In this document: piece by piece, positions 1-11,400 of the stretch
Numbering within the stretch: position 1 is the first letter of the stretch
Layout: each line of letters begins with the position of its first letter
DNA from: Balanoglossus misakiensis
Taxonomy: Eukaryota; Animalia; Hemichordata
Length of the DNA: 64,000 bases
Direction of reading: 5' to 3'
Assembly (NCBI GenBank): GCA_040954595.2
Contig: CM082593.2
Coordinates: forward strand, 4,233,434-4,297,433
Position numbers and translations under genes: made by a program
Notes under the pieces: model-generated
The model's input: only the letters and a program-made list of their open reading frames with translations
What the model was told of the DNA's origin: nothing
The model's database searches: none

Positions 1-413
1 AGTGAGAATGAAAGTCCCCCTTGTCATCAATTCATGCTCGTCTTTCAATATGATGCCATGGTAACACACGGCACACTCGTTACTCCTTAGGGGCTTATGA
101 ACTGGATTCACGCATGCATTCGTTTTGTGCAAATCCGGCGCCATAACTTACATTTGTGTGAACCAACTTCTTTCAAAAGAGGCAACAGGACAATATGGGT
201 ACGTGATAACGTACGAATACACTTAGATTTCACAGTATCATCCGATATGACTGCTGGGCAGCCGTTTCATTTTACCCGATCCATGTCTAGAATGATAACT
301 CTGACGTTTCTGGATTTTGTTGAAATTTCATTAAGTCTAGTATACTCTGATGTGCATGTTATTTTGTGTCGCTATCCAATATGGACTTCCAAACACCCTC
401 TTAGTGTACTCAC

Positions 414-3400
414 CAATATTGTGGTGATGATGTTGAAAATGGTGCTGGTTATGTTCACGTTCGGTGTTCTCCCGACTTCCTCCACTGTTGCCCGGCTGTC
501 CCCTGTCTCCATCTCTTCTGCAAGTAAAATATGAATCAAATATTAATTTTCCCAATTTTGAAGAATACCAAAACAGAAGTGGTACATAACGATTTTTTCT
601 CACTGGCATATATTGTAATGAACAACTGCAAAACCAACCTCAAATTTTCAAAAAATACCAAGAATACAAATTGCAGAAACCTGACCCAATAAACAGTTTA
701 TTGAGGTCAAAGAGAGTTTAAAAAAAAAGAACGTAAAGGCTTCTAATACTTCTAATAGCAGCCATGTGGTGGTCTTGTATGAACCTTTTGATCAAAAGTG
801 TTCAGGTACATTAGTGAGTATTTCGTGAGATCTACAATTTCTGCAGTGCTGTATTTTTATTCTCATCCTGCAATAATTTCCTTTTATACTGAATATCAAT
901 TGAAGTGAATGTACTACTTGATCAACCCATTACTGGTTTAATGGAGTCTAAACCACTCCGGCTGCAATTTGAGCAAATTCGCACATTTCAGCCCCCACAC
1001 ACTGCAGATTAATTCTACATTTTCTACTCTTTTCATCTGAAGTTCAGAAGAAAATTTGCCCAGACATGTACCAACAACAGACTGAGCAAATAATGCCAGT
1101 TACTCTTGCTGACATCTAAGAATAAATTCTGCACGATTTTTTCTGGCTATGCCGATCACATTCTCGCTCAAAATGTGCACAGGTGCAAAGATGTACTTTC
1201 CCTTTTGGGATTTGTAACTTGAGAAATTCGCTTATCAGATTCAGTGCCAGTCTCTAAACTGTTACCATGGACACCACTATTAATTTCACACAAGATGGTG
1301 TTCACCTGTAGCAATGTTCGTATTCATTTGCAGCTCACAAGCTACATACCTGTTCGCATTTGTCTTTCTTTTTCTCTTGTCTTTACCCTGTGATTTTTTA
1401 GACTTGGCTCTCCGTTCTGCTTCGTCGTCACTGTAATCCAGAAATTCTTCTGGTGGTTCTTCATCGTTCTTCCATGATGCATCTGAACCTTTCATTCTGT
1501 GAAAACAGAAACAGAAACAGACACTTACTCATCATCTATCCATCACCCATCCATTGTCAATACACAGACAAAATTCATCAGAGTTTGATCATTCAACCAG
1601 ATAGCAAAGACCTGTTTAACGAACCATATTTCTTGACGTGGGCACTTCTATAAAAGTACACATAGCCCTTTTGTCTTTGCACGAAACTGTTTTTTGGGAA
1701 ACAAAAGGTTGATACTAACTGAAAAAGTAGGACGGGAACATACTGTTTTCTTTCTATTTTTGTATTTAAAATTCATTGATATCATATTTAGCACTTTCAA
1801 GAATGCTCATGATGTTTACTTACTGTCTGAGCTGCGCAAGGAAAACATAAGATGTATATTCTGAACACTGATTTGCATAAAACACTTTATCTTGTAATTG
1901 TACGCCTTTGGATTTAATGTGGTTTGGAGAGTTGAATCTGACTGCATACAGAGGTGACAACACCGGTCCAAACACTTCAAAGATCTAAAGAAAGAAAATT
2001 GAGGAAATAATGTATGATTAAAGAAATAAGAATAACCAACAGATATGCACAATTTATGAGTGTGGGTCCAGCTACAATTTTTGACTTTAATTTTTGAAAT
2101 TAATGATACTACATAATCTTCACTGAGAGAAGGGGGCAAAAAAAAATGGCTAACGATTGTATTCTATCAGTTCGGATAGTCAGTCTCATAGCCAGCATCC
2201 CCAGATGTAAAAACTGTCTCCTGATTAAATTAATGATGAAGCTATGAATAAATCATGTGGACAAGCCTCGCCATTGAATCTTGATACAGTAAATGTTGAT
2301 AAATTGCGGAAGTGGGCTTTTAACTTGACAGGGAGATTTGTACAGAAAACAGTTTGGGGACTGCAACTTGTTAAATGGTGGTGCGTGACAGTTAAACAAG
2401 AAAACACATGGAAATGAAAACATCGGCTGTTATTCCATCAATCTCAGCTAGAAGTTTGAAACTTGTATCGTTATTCTTCGTCACATTTGCAGAGAGGATA
2501 CAAGTGATTACTGTTCAGTCAGTGTAAGTAAGCCCCAAAGCAGAAATTACAGTTATGGCTTTTAGACAATTGAAATGCATCACATGTGCCCTCTCTCCGC
2601 ATCTTGGAACATAAATATCCATAAGCTTTGAACAAGTTTTACAGGCAACAGTAGTATATCAAAGCTATAGTCACGGAACTGCACGCAAAGAAGCATTGAG
2701 AATAGCTGGCTTCAATGTCATACACTCCTTTACTAGATTGATGCAGATTTTCTACAAAAAAAAATCTTATAATTACATCCTCCAATTATTTGAAAAACGG
2801 GAAATGTATTTTAATATCATAATTATTATAGCAGTTTCTTTACTACAATATACAATACTGCTTTCATTTTAAAATTTTCTTCTTGTAGAGATATTAACCC
2901 TTTCATTTTGGATTGAAGCGTTCTCCTTGATTAAACCCAGTAGAGAGGTTTCTTTGCCATTTCCAATACAACATAACTCACTCTTATAATGTCTCCATGT
3001 CTAGATTGTCTTATTCAGGTCTGCAGGGAACGCACATTTTTCTTTCCGGAATTATTCTCTGTCATAATGAAATATTGACTTTTTATGAACGGTGTTTGGA
3101 TGGCCTGTGCATGCCATCACAGGCTGAACTAATTTCAGCCATAAATAAGTCAGATATTCATCCCGACCATCAATTATGAATGACCTTTCGGTGCCCTGTT
3201 ACGCAGTCTGGCATGCCAATGTTCGCACCTTTCCCTGCGTATAAAATACTCTCCATGTTTATCAGGCGGCCTCCGACAGAAACTATCGGAAAATCCCGCA
3301 GATTGGGTCAATGTAAATGTTATTACGCAGACAGACTGAATGAGCTGGCTAGCATGATGTCGGACTCGGTCAGACCCCAATTGAGTTTTCTATTACTCGA

Positions 3401-6400
3401 GCTGGGATAGAGCAAGATGTGATTTGTTAGGAAAGCGATGAATATTTTTTCAAATGAAATTTCAATAATATATACGCAAATTGTGCATTTCAGTGGAGAA
3501 AATTTCAATTTTCCGTGATCAAGGCAGACATGACAATAAAATCAGCGCTTGTTATACCACGCTCGTCAGACGTTTGACTGCCAAATTGGCAAACAAGGAA
3601 ATTTGTGGGGCAATCCTGTAGTGAGGCTGAATGTCGGATCAAAAGAAAACATAATCCATCATGGTGTTTTGGCATGATATGTCACTCCTGACCTTCATTT
3701 GGTAACCAGGCGTATGAAACACAAATATACTAAAATATCAAACCAGTGACATGCAAAGAAAACCAAAAATATCCGCAAATATGCAACAGCTGATGCAACC
3801 TCCGATTTCATCTACGTCTACTTTTTATAACCAGTGTGTGTACATAAGATTTTAACAGCACTACACAAACATTTAATTTGTGGATGATTTGACATGGTTA
3901 TTTGCACAGTATTACAGTAAAGTAAACTTCACCAATGTCATTCCTACGACACAAGTTAAGAGACTTTTGTCATCTTTTCCTGTGTTGACAGCGGGATATA
4001 GTCTATGTGCAATAGACATGAAAACACTAAGAAACTCTGTAGAGGGTCAATCAATTCAAAAATTGGAAAAAGTTTTTAGTAAGGATATAATTATTTATGT
4101 TGCTGTCAATGTGTGATACATGGTATGCACAAAAAATTAATTTCAGGGTTGAATAAGTCTGGATACACGGTTCATGAACACCTATGTATTTTAAATAAAA
4201 ATGAAATTGCACATGTAAATTGCTTCAAGAGTGTCATTAGTCAAGGAGAAACAAGTTATCATTAACTAAAAAATGTACTATTGTATTTCCGGGAAATATT
4301 GTCACCATACGTGTACTTGTTATGCAAATTACCAATAATTAAACAAACTGCACACACATGGCCCCTATTCCAAAATCATATAACATTGTATAACATTTGG
4401 ACCAGAATTATTAAGGTGTGCATTAGGTAAAAATTCATGAGTGAATTTGATTATACGCTGGGAGATAATTACACAACATACACGTGTGCCTTATGGTGCA
4501 TGTAGACATGTATGCGTAACACGTTATGATGATGGAATACAATTAGAAATCTTGTGTACTGGCATTTATGCCTGAAGCTATAATAGCTATAGTGAATAAC
4601 AGTTGAATCTAGGAGCTAAAATATGAAGACCATTTTATCATGAAATGCAAGATGCGTTCAGTTACTGCACACAAGTACCATTAAATCAAAGACACGATCA
4701 CAAATTTATAACAGCACACAGCATCACTATTAATCTGTTGCCATGGTTTTGCTAACATCTCTACAACCATGTGCAATATTTGCACTGGAAACTGCTGTCA
4801 AAAGGTATGGTGCTGATAAAATGTGCAATAAAACTCCCCTTCGCTTATTACCACTGGCTAGTCTGATGTCCCAGGTGTTGCAGTAACTGAGCTGTACACA
4901 AAAGGAGTATGCTTTGTAGGGTGGTAAGATGTGCACAGTAAACAGAGACTTTGTCATTATGGAGTTACTATCCGCGTTGCCGGCAAACTTGATTTCTGGC
5001 TCTTTGAATCGATATATCTTTTTCTGCTTTTTAAGCTCAACATCATGTAAAATAAAGTATTGTTTTATCATGTAGACCTAGAATTTGTCAAACAGACGAT
5101 AATGATCTCTTTGACCTTTGACCCTGGAATCCTCAGGTGTTGGTGACAGCATCTGATGTACACGTGGATTTCACTTTTTGTGAAACCGTTATTGTTTACA
5201 CTGTATGTGTACATTAACATCAATAAAACATGATTCAGCTGCTGGAGAAAGATTTCATTGTCTTCTATAAAGCCTTTTGAATAATATCATTTAATGCATT
5301 TTATATTTATACATGACGGTACCACCCCTGTAAAAATGCAACAGTTTGTGAGGTCTGTGTCTCTTGTTGAAAACTATGCGACTGCTGTTGCTATGAACCG
5401 AAGACTCACCTTTCCAAAGAATTCTCTCTTTTCACTGAATAACGTTGTTTCTATGTCTAAAGCAGGACTGCCTGGGGTACCCTGTATTACAACTGTAAAA
5501 CAAAATGAAAAAGAAGGAAATCTGTTTTGTAGTTCAGTATAGTGATTTTGGTCAAATTTTACACTTTGAACTTGAAGTAAACAGGTTTGCCTTGTATTCA
5601 AACATATGGAAAATATGTTCACACCATAAACTTGCATAACCTTCCACATGTTCCAACAATGAAGGCCATCCTTATGCTAATATTAATTCCAATTAATGAG
5701 AATGCAATCCAGATGTTGGGTGAAATTTAACGAAGCACTGTTTAATTTAATGAATCTTTTAACAATTAAAGCAATCCGTATTGGTTGCAGTCTCCATACT
5801 AGTCTTGCTCCAAGACTGTATGACACCAAACCGCACTCATATTTGTATGCTTGTTGCCATCTGCCATTTCCAGTCATACTGCAATTAACAGGCTAGGAAT
5901 ATTGTTATGTAATCAAATGACAAGATAATGCAGTCGTATGTTCTCACAAACAGAAAAGCAACAACTCCTACCTAACTGGCCAATAATACTTGTCACTGAG
6001 CCAAGTTCACACATTTTCAACTCTTCTGGCAATTTGATGTCCAATTCTTCTATCTGGGGAAGCTCCTGTGGAAAAAAAAAAGAAGAGTGAATGACTTGTC
6101 TGACACAAGCACTTACAAAAGCATCGCTTGGATAATATGCGTGCAGAATTACATTTACATGCACAGCAATTCTGGTGGCTTTCAATTTTATTTCCATAAG
6201 AGAGGTTTTTTTATGTTCATAACACAAGATGCATTAACCATGCTTGAAGACGGGAGAGTGAATCAGTTAAACGACCACAATGGACCACATTCACCTCCTG
6301 CCCCGGGGACATTCCCTCTTTTTGAAATCATTAATTAATTGTAAGCGTCTACTGGGTGGGAATTTACAGCAGATGAAATCAGCATCTCCACTCAGGGAGA

Positions 6401-9138
6401 CTGGCAGGCCGGTTGCCTATGGCAACCACAGATACACAAGGAAATTGCATTAGGAACACTATTCTGCTGTTCCTCCATGAATTTCATCTTTGTTGGATGA
6501 ACTCACATCACTAAATATTTGTAAAGGGCTGTGACCACATCGGTAATTCATATGATGTTAAAAATTGTCCATAAAATGCTTATTATTATATCATAAACAA
6601 AACCACCACTTTCCTCTTCCAGACTAATCTATTCTTGAGATAAGGGTAGTCTGAACTGGTCCCAGAAGTCCAACTTTACATGACCAGAATTTGTTGTAAG
6701 GGAAAAACCATTTCTGGGGAAGGGGGGTGGATGGTGGATTTTTACGGAAAAAAAATCTTCTGCAATGCCTTGAAGAAAAAGATGGACTGGTTATCTAATA
6801 AAAAAACTTGCTGTACCAATGGCTGAAAAAAAATTGCTGACATACCCAAATCATTGACCCCCCCCCCCCCCCCCGAAATCAAATGGTTGTCTCCTAAGCA
6901 CAGGGGATATCGCGCAGGGAGCGCCCTCAAGCAACAGACAATACAAGACATGCTATATAGCAGAATTTGATTCCAAGTTAATTGATTTCCAGTATGCGGT
7001 TCCGGCTGCCATTCTAAGAATATAAACCTTTTAACAATGTTCCCCAAAGAGTAGAGATGTATCAGTCTTTCTCGTTTAAAACGAAAAAATGGCTGTAATT
7101 TGAAAAAAGACGTATAAAGACTCATTAATGCAACAATTTCCCATTCTGGACTAGCTCTAATGGAGTTTTATTTTAAACTGGCTGAATGTTCGCAAAGTTT
7201 CTCACCTCAATCAATTTCTCTGTGGCAGTTCTCAAAGGAGGGGGAGGTTGAGAGGACCTAGTAGAACAATGGTCATCCTCAAAATCATCACTATCATCCG
7301 AATCAACAGCGACTTTCCTGCAATAAAAGAACAGCAAACAAATTAAATCTTGCATCATACAAACATAGATACTGTAATGTAAAGTTGCCATGAGCAAAAT
7401 ATGAGAGAAAGCAAGACTGAGAATTTATATTAAAGATTTTGTCAGTGTCACAAGAGGGATAGTAAAATTAACATAACACAATCCAAAGAAGGAAAGGACT
7501 ACACATATAGAGCACAGTGGCCACTTGGCCTCCTACGTCAAGCAAGTAATTACTTCTACTTGGACAGTAACACGTAGCAACTGGCTTAATCAGAAGCCCT
7601 ATTTTGACACCAATATCCCAGAATATTCTAGTTACTATGGTGTTACTATGGTGATCAATATCATTTACATGTAGGGATTCCTTACAACTCAAATTGCAAT
7701 TTCACTCATTTACTTCAAGTTCAATTCAATTTTCCCGATGACACCAGGAGTCGTCTTTGTGCTTTGGTCGATGATCTTTCTGGAAGTGTCACCAGCTTCT
7801 TTTGTAGACCAAAGGTCAAACTATATTGCAGACATAAATGTATGACATTGTATGATGCAATGTGGTTTGTGAGAGTCATCTGTATGTCACATTACAGTGG
7901 TGTCAAACTTACCCATTTCGTTTGTTTTTCCCTGCGCCAGACTCTGCCACACTTGAATCACTGGACTCGGACGTTTTTGACATCTCGTCATCCGAACTTG
8001 TCGAATCCGAGTCACTGTCACTGGAGTCACTATCGCTGCTGCTTGAACTTTCTTCCTTGATCTGAGTGGTCAGAGAATCTGGAACAACTTCTTGACCACT
8101 GCCTGTGTCGACACTTGCACAAATCATCGGCTCATGTTTTTCACTGCCAAGTTCAGGAGTTTCATCTACAGACTGATGGCTGGCAGAGGGTGGGACGGCT
8201 TTATCGGTGTCAACATCTGTGCAGACCATTGGTTCACTGGAAAAACCAACACTCAATTCACTGCTACACTTTTGACCTCCCTCTCCTGGCTGAGAAATCA
8301 CAGGAGACGTGACCGAATCGATTGCCATGACTTCTTGGCCACTGCCTGTGCCAACGTTTGCACAAATCATTGGCTCGCTGAAATCAGACTCCTGTTTTTC
8401 ACTGACATGTTGGGGAGTTTCATCTATAGACTGATGATCGAGAGAAGATGGTACTGCATTATCAGTATCAACATTTGTACAAACCATCGGTTCAATGAAA
8501 TCAGACTCATTTTTTTCACTGGTTTGTTTGGGAGTTTCATCTACACACTGAGAAGGTGGTATGGCTTTATCGGTGACAACATTAGTAGAGACTGTTGGTT
8601 CACTACGTTTCAGATCTTCCTCTCCTGACTGACAAATCACAGGAGATGTGACATAATCGGTTGTAGTAACATCCCGATCATCTGAATTATTAGTCTTCTC
8701 CATTAACTGCTGGTGGTATGTGTCTGGGGTGTTATTTTCTTGAAGACTTTCATCTTGAACTAATGTTATTTGGGTATTCTCTTCTTGTCTACTAAGGTCT
8801 GTTTCCTTAGTAACTTCCTGATCATTGCCTGTATTGATATGTGCACAAACTGTTGGTGCACTGACATTGTCTGCCTTGTGGTGGTGATCTTCATCTTCGG
8901 TCTCATTTTTGAGAGGACTTTCTTTTTGTTCATCATTTAACTGTTCACCATCAATACTGGAAACTTTGACATCAGCCATGTGCTCACTATCCCCATGGTC
9001 ACTTTCTGGTGCAGTTCTTTCGTCTGGTTCGCTTGCGGGAATTTGTCTGTCAGTGGTATCGGTCATCATACCATCACTATTCCCACATTTACCATCTTCC
9101 TGTTCTTCCCCTGTGATTGTTGGCACAGACTCGGACAT
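414..9138 (-). CDS. NAF1: H/ACA ribonucleoprotein assembly factor NAF1 (multi-exon; C-terminal exon(s) unresolved or beyond the left edge)
   Basis: Phase-consistent GT-AG exons: 9138-7913 (ATG MSESVPT..., long acidic Ser-rich N-terminus), 7317-7206, 6065-5972 (ELPQIEELDIKLP..LGSVTSIIGQL), 5492-5410 (VVIQGTPGSPALDIETTLF..FFGK), 1984-1824 (IFEVFGPVLSPLYAVRFNS..), 1496-1350 (MKGSDASWKNDEEPPEEFLDYSDDEAERRAK), 517-414. The Gar1/Naf1 domain and the KGSDASWKNDEEPP..DYSDDE motif are diagnostic of NAF1. Confidence 0.93.
6700..6894. mobile_element. PIF/Harbinger-like MITE in a NAF1 intron
   Basis: Imperfect 14-bp TIRs (GGGAAAAACCATTT / AAATGGTTGTCTCC, 11/14 match), direct TAA flanks at 6697-6699 and 6895-6897, and subterminal poly-G and poly-C tracts. 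No coding capacity. Confidence 0.55.
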
Positions 9139-9543
9139 TCTGGAAACCACGTCTATACAGTTGAATCAAACAAAGAGGTTCGTCTTGTACTGGATCATGG
9201 ATCATGCAATTCCATAAGTAATCTGTAAAGATGTAACAAAAATTGTATTCAATCACAACTAACATTTTACTTCACATCTTGTTATATTAACCTAAATCAT
9301 ATCATTTTCCATTGTCAGTGATTTGAAATCACATTTGCTGCATTCAGACCTGGTAAAACTGAAAATTCAGAGACAGCATTAAGTCCTTGACAATGTGGGT
9401 TAGCAGTTTGAGTCCACATGTCTATACACACCCCCAGAGTGTACATGTATGTGAACAGTTGGAACTTTTTAAAAAGCGCCCTCATACAACAGTAAGTGGA
9501 GCTGTGATAACTGTAAACAACATAAATGTGTGTCAATATTTAA

Positions 9544-10187
9544 AAGGACAAAGTCTCTCTCATGCTGCTCTTTTCCCATTAAGTATGTTTGATACTAGAC
9601 ACCATTGATGTTAAGTACATGTGAATGTTCAACCACAAACAACTTCCATCCTGCATATAGATGTGAGAGTAAAAATCTCGCCAAAATGAATAAATGGTAA
9701 ACACTGATTATTCATTTTTGGCTACTTAAGATTATCCATTTCTTGCCAAAATAATTTTTCATTTACTCATTAAATTCGGGGGGAGGGGGGGGGGGGGGTC
9801 TTTTCAAAATTGTCTTAAAATTAAGACTTTCAAAATGGCCGCCAAATTTGAGGTTCAAAATGGCCGCCTATATCTGTGCTTAGTCTATGGCATTCAAAAT
9901 GGCCGCCAAATTTAGTGACTTTGAAAATCTCTATGGTAAACATTATGTAGAAATTTTACTCATAGTTCAACCACACACACCTTCCATCCCACTTGTAGAC
10001 GCGAGAGCAAAATGAATATTCGGTGTTTACCATTTATTCATTTTGGCGAGATTCTTACTCTCATATCCTACAAACGTGATGGTTGAATGTTGATTCACTA
10101 TATATCCACATGTGCATTAGCATAGACAGTGTAGTGAATCAAACATAATAAATGGGAAAAGAAGAGTGAGAGAGAGACTTTGTCCCT
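9544..10187. mobile_element. Non-autonomous DNA transposon (Kolobok-like MITE) with TTAA target-site duplication
   Basis: TTAA|AAGGACAAAGTCTCTCTC ... GAGAGAGACTTTGTCCCT|TTAA. Long internal inverted arms (about 9676-9718 vs 10009-10051) and three internal CAAAATGGCCGCC copies. Purine-purine start plus TTAA TSD is the Kolobok pattern. Confidence 0.75.
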
Positions 10188-10707
10188 TTAAGCCGAGAAG
10201 GTGAAGACGATGGGGTCTAGATGCCTAGATGGTACAGTGTTTCTTCTATACAGGGGGTTTGGGATTCACCCCATGTTTACATGTTAATGGCACCCCCTAG
10301 CAGGGAGCAAATGGCTGCACCACCTAGCTCCCCCTAGAGAGAGTTGGGAGACCGCGCAACCACAGCCGGACAGTCCCGCCGATTGCCCACAGTCACTCTT
10401 GTCATACTCGTAGATCCACCCCCAAACCTGGTCTAAATCATGGCGAGAGTGCCTGTGAGTTTGTAAGCGGCGCAACGATGTGGTTGGAGGCGCAGCCGTG
10501 TCGATCAACAACATTGCAACACCACACATGAGAGATCGCGGCCAACAAACAACTCCCAGGCGACTGTGATCGTGGCATAGCCCCTCAAACTCAGCTAGGG
10601 TACCGTCGATGTAGAGTTCGACTGGTAGGTTTGGCGCTCAGACATCAAAATTCAACAACGTTATAGTTTAAGTTTCGGCGCGCACGTGTGCTAGACATGA
10701 CACTTAC

Positions 10708-10860
10708 CTCCATCCGTAAACGCACGTGTACGTACGATAATAACACTTTGCGAAACCGGAAGTACATGTAGCTTGCTTAGCATCCTCGTTCGCAGATCTG
10801 TAGAGGGCGCCACGTACGTACGTGTGATAGCGTGATACCTTAGAAGTTCACGTAAATATC
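10708..10860 (-). promoter_or_regulatory. Putative NAF1 promoter and non-coding first exon
   Basis: Strong minus-strand donor GGAG|GTAAGTG at 10708/10707, with a matching acceptor TTTACAG| at 9222. The region is CpG-rich, with an ETS-type ACCGGAAGT at 10755 and several CACGTG/TACGTA palindromes. Confidence 0.6.
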
Positions 10861-11400
10861 TATATGAGACTTTTGCGTATGATGAATAACCCCTGTATCT
10901 TAAAATATCCGACCAAGAATATGAAATATATAAATGCCTTGTTCAGTTTAGCTGTATGAATTACGCAGGCGCATTTCCAATGACTTTACCGCAAAAGGGC
11001 AATGGCTGTAACTTCTGGCCACAGATTCTTGTTCGGCTCCCTTACACACGACGAAATTCCCAGTACATATTTCTCAACACTACATATATGTCAATCCTTT
11101 ATTTATACAAACTTCAACAACTAAAAAGACTGAAATCATGAGAACTGTGTCCATACATACACTTAGACTTGACGGCATATGCTACTCTCATCATACTCTT
11201 TGGAGTCATGGACAAAACTGCAGACACACGGGGCCAATCAAATACTACATGTAGTTACAGACGTTTAAAAAAATGGGTAAAAACATCGAAATGGGTGTAC
11301 GACGCTCGGACTTTCTGTCTTTTATAATATTCTCCCTGTTTATCATTATGACATAATTTCTTAATATCTTCTGAAAAGTGTAACTAAAAATGGTTTATAA

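Noticed and set aside
1-413. Terminal NAF1 exon within the window
   Set aside because: Candidate acceptors give short peptides lacking the usual Pro-rich C-terminus. The true last exon is probably beyond the window edge.
7700-7830. Possible extra NAF1 exon
   Set aside because: Candidate frames hit stops without a good donor, and the flanking exons (7913 and 7317) already join in phase.
8092-8628. 178-aa plus-strand ORF with repeats (and similar antisense ORFs over the K2P, RASSF, FSTL and WDFY3 exons)
   Set aside because: These are shadow frames antisense to or overlapping real exons. The repeats mirror the NAF1 exon repeats.
518-9500. Intronic snoRNAs in NAF1 (plausible for an RNP biogenesis gene)
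   Set aside because: No convincing C/D box pair with a terminal stem or H/ACA double hairpin was identifiable by eye. An Infernal/Rfam scan would be needed.
10249-10897. TA|CAGGGG ... CCCCTG|TA flanking the NAF1 first exon, resembling Tc1/mariner ends capturing a promoter
   Set aside because: Only about 9 bp of inverted match, which is compatible with chance.
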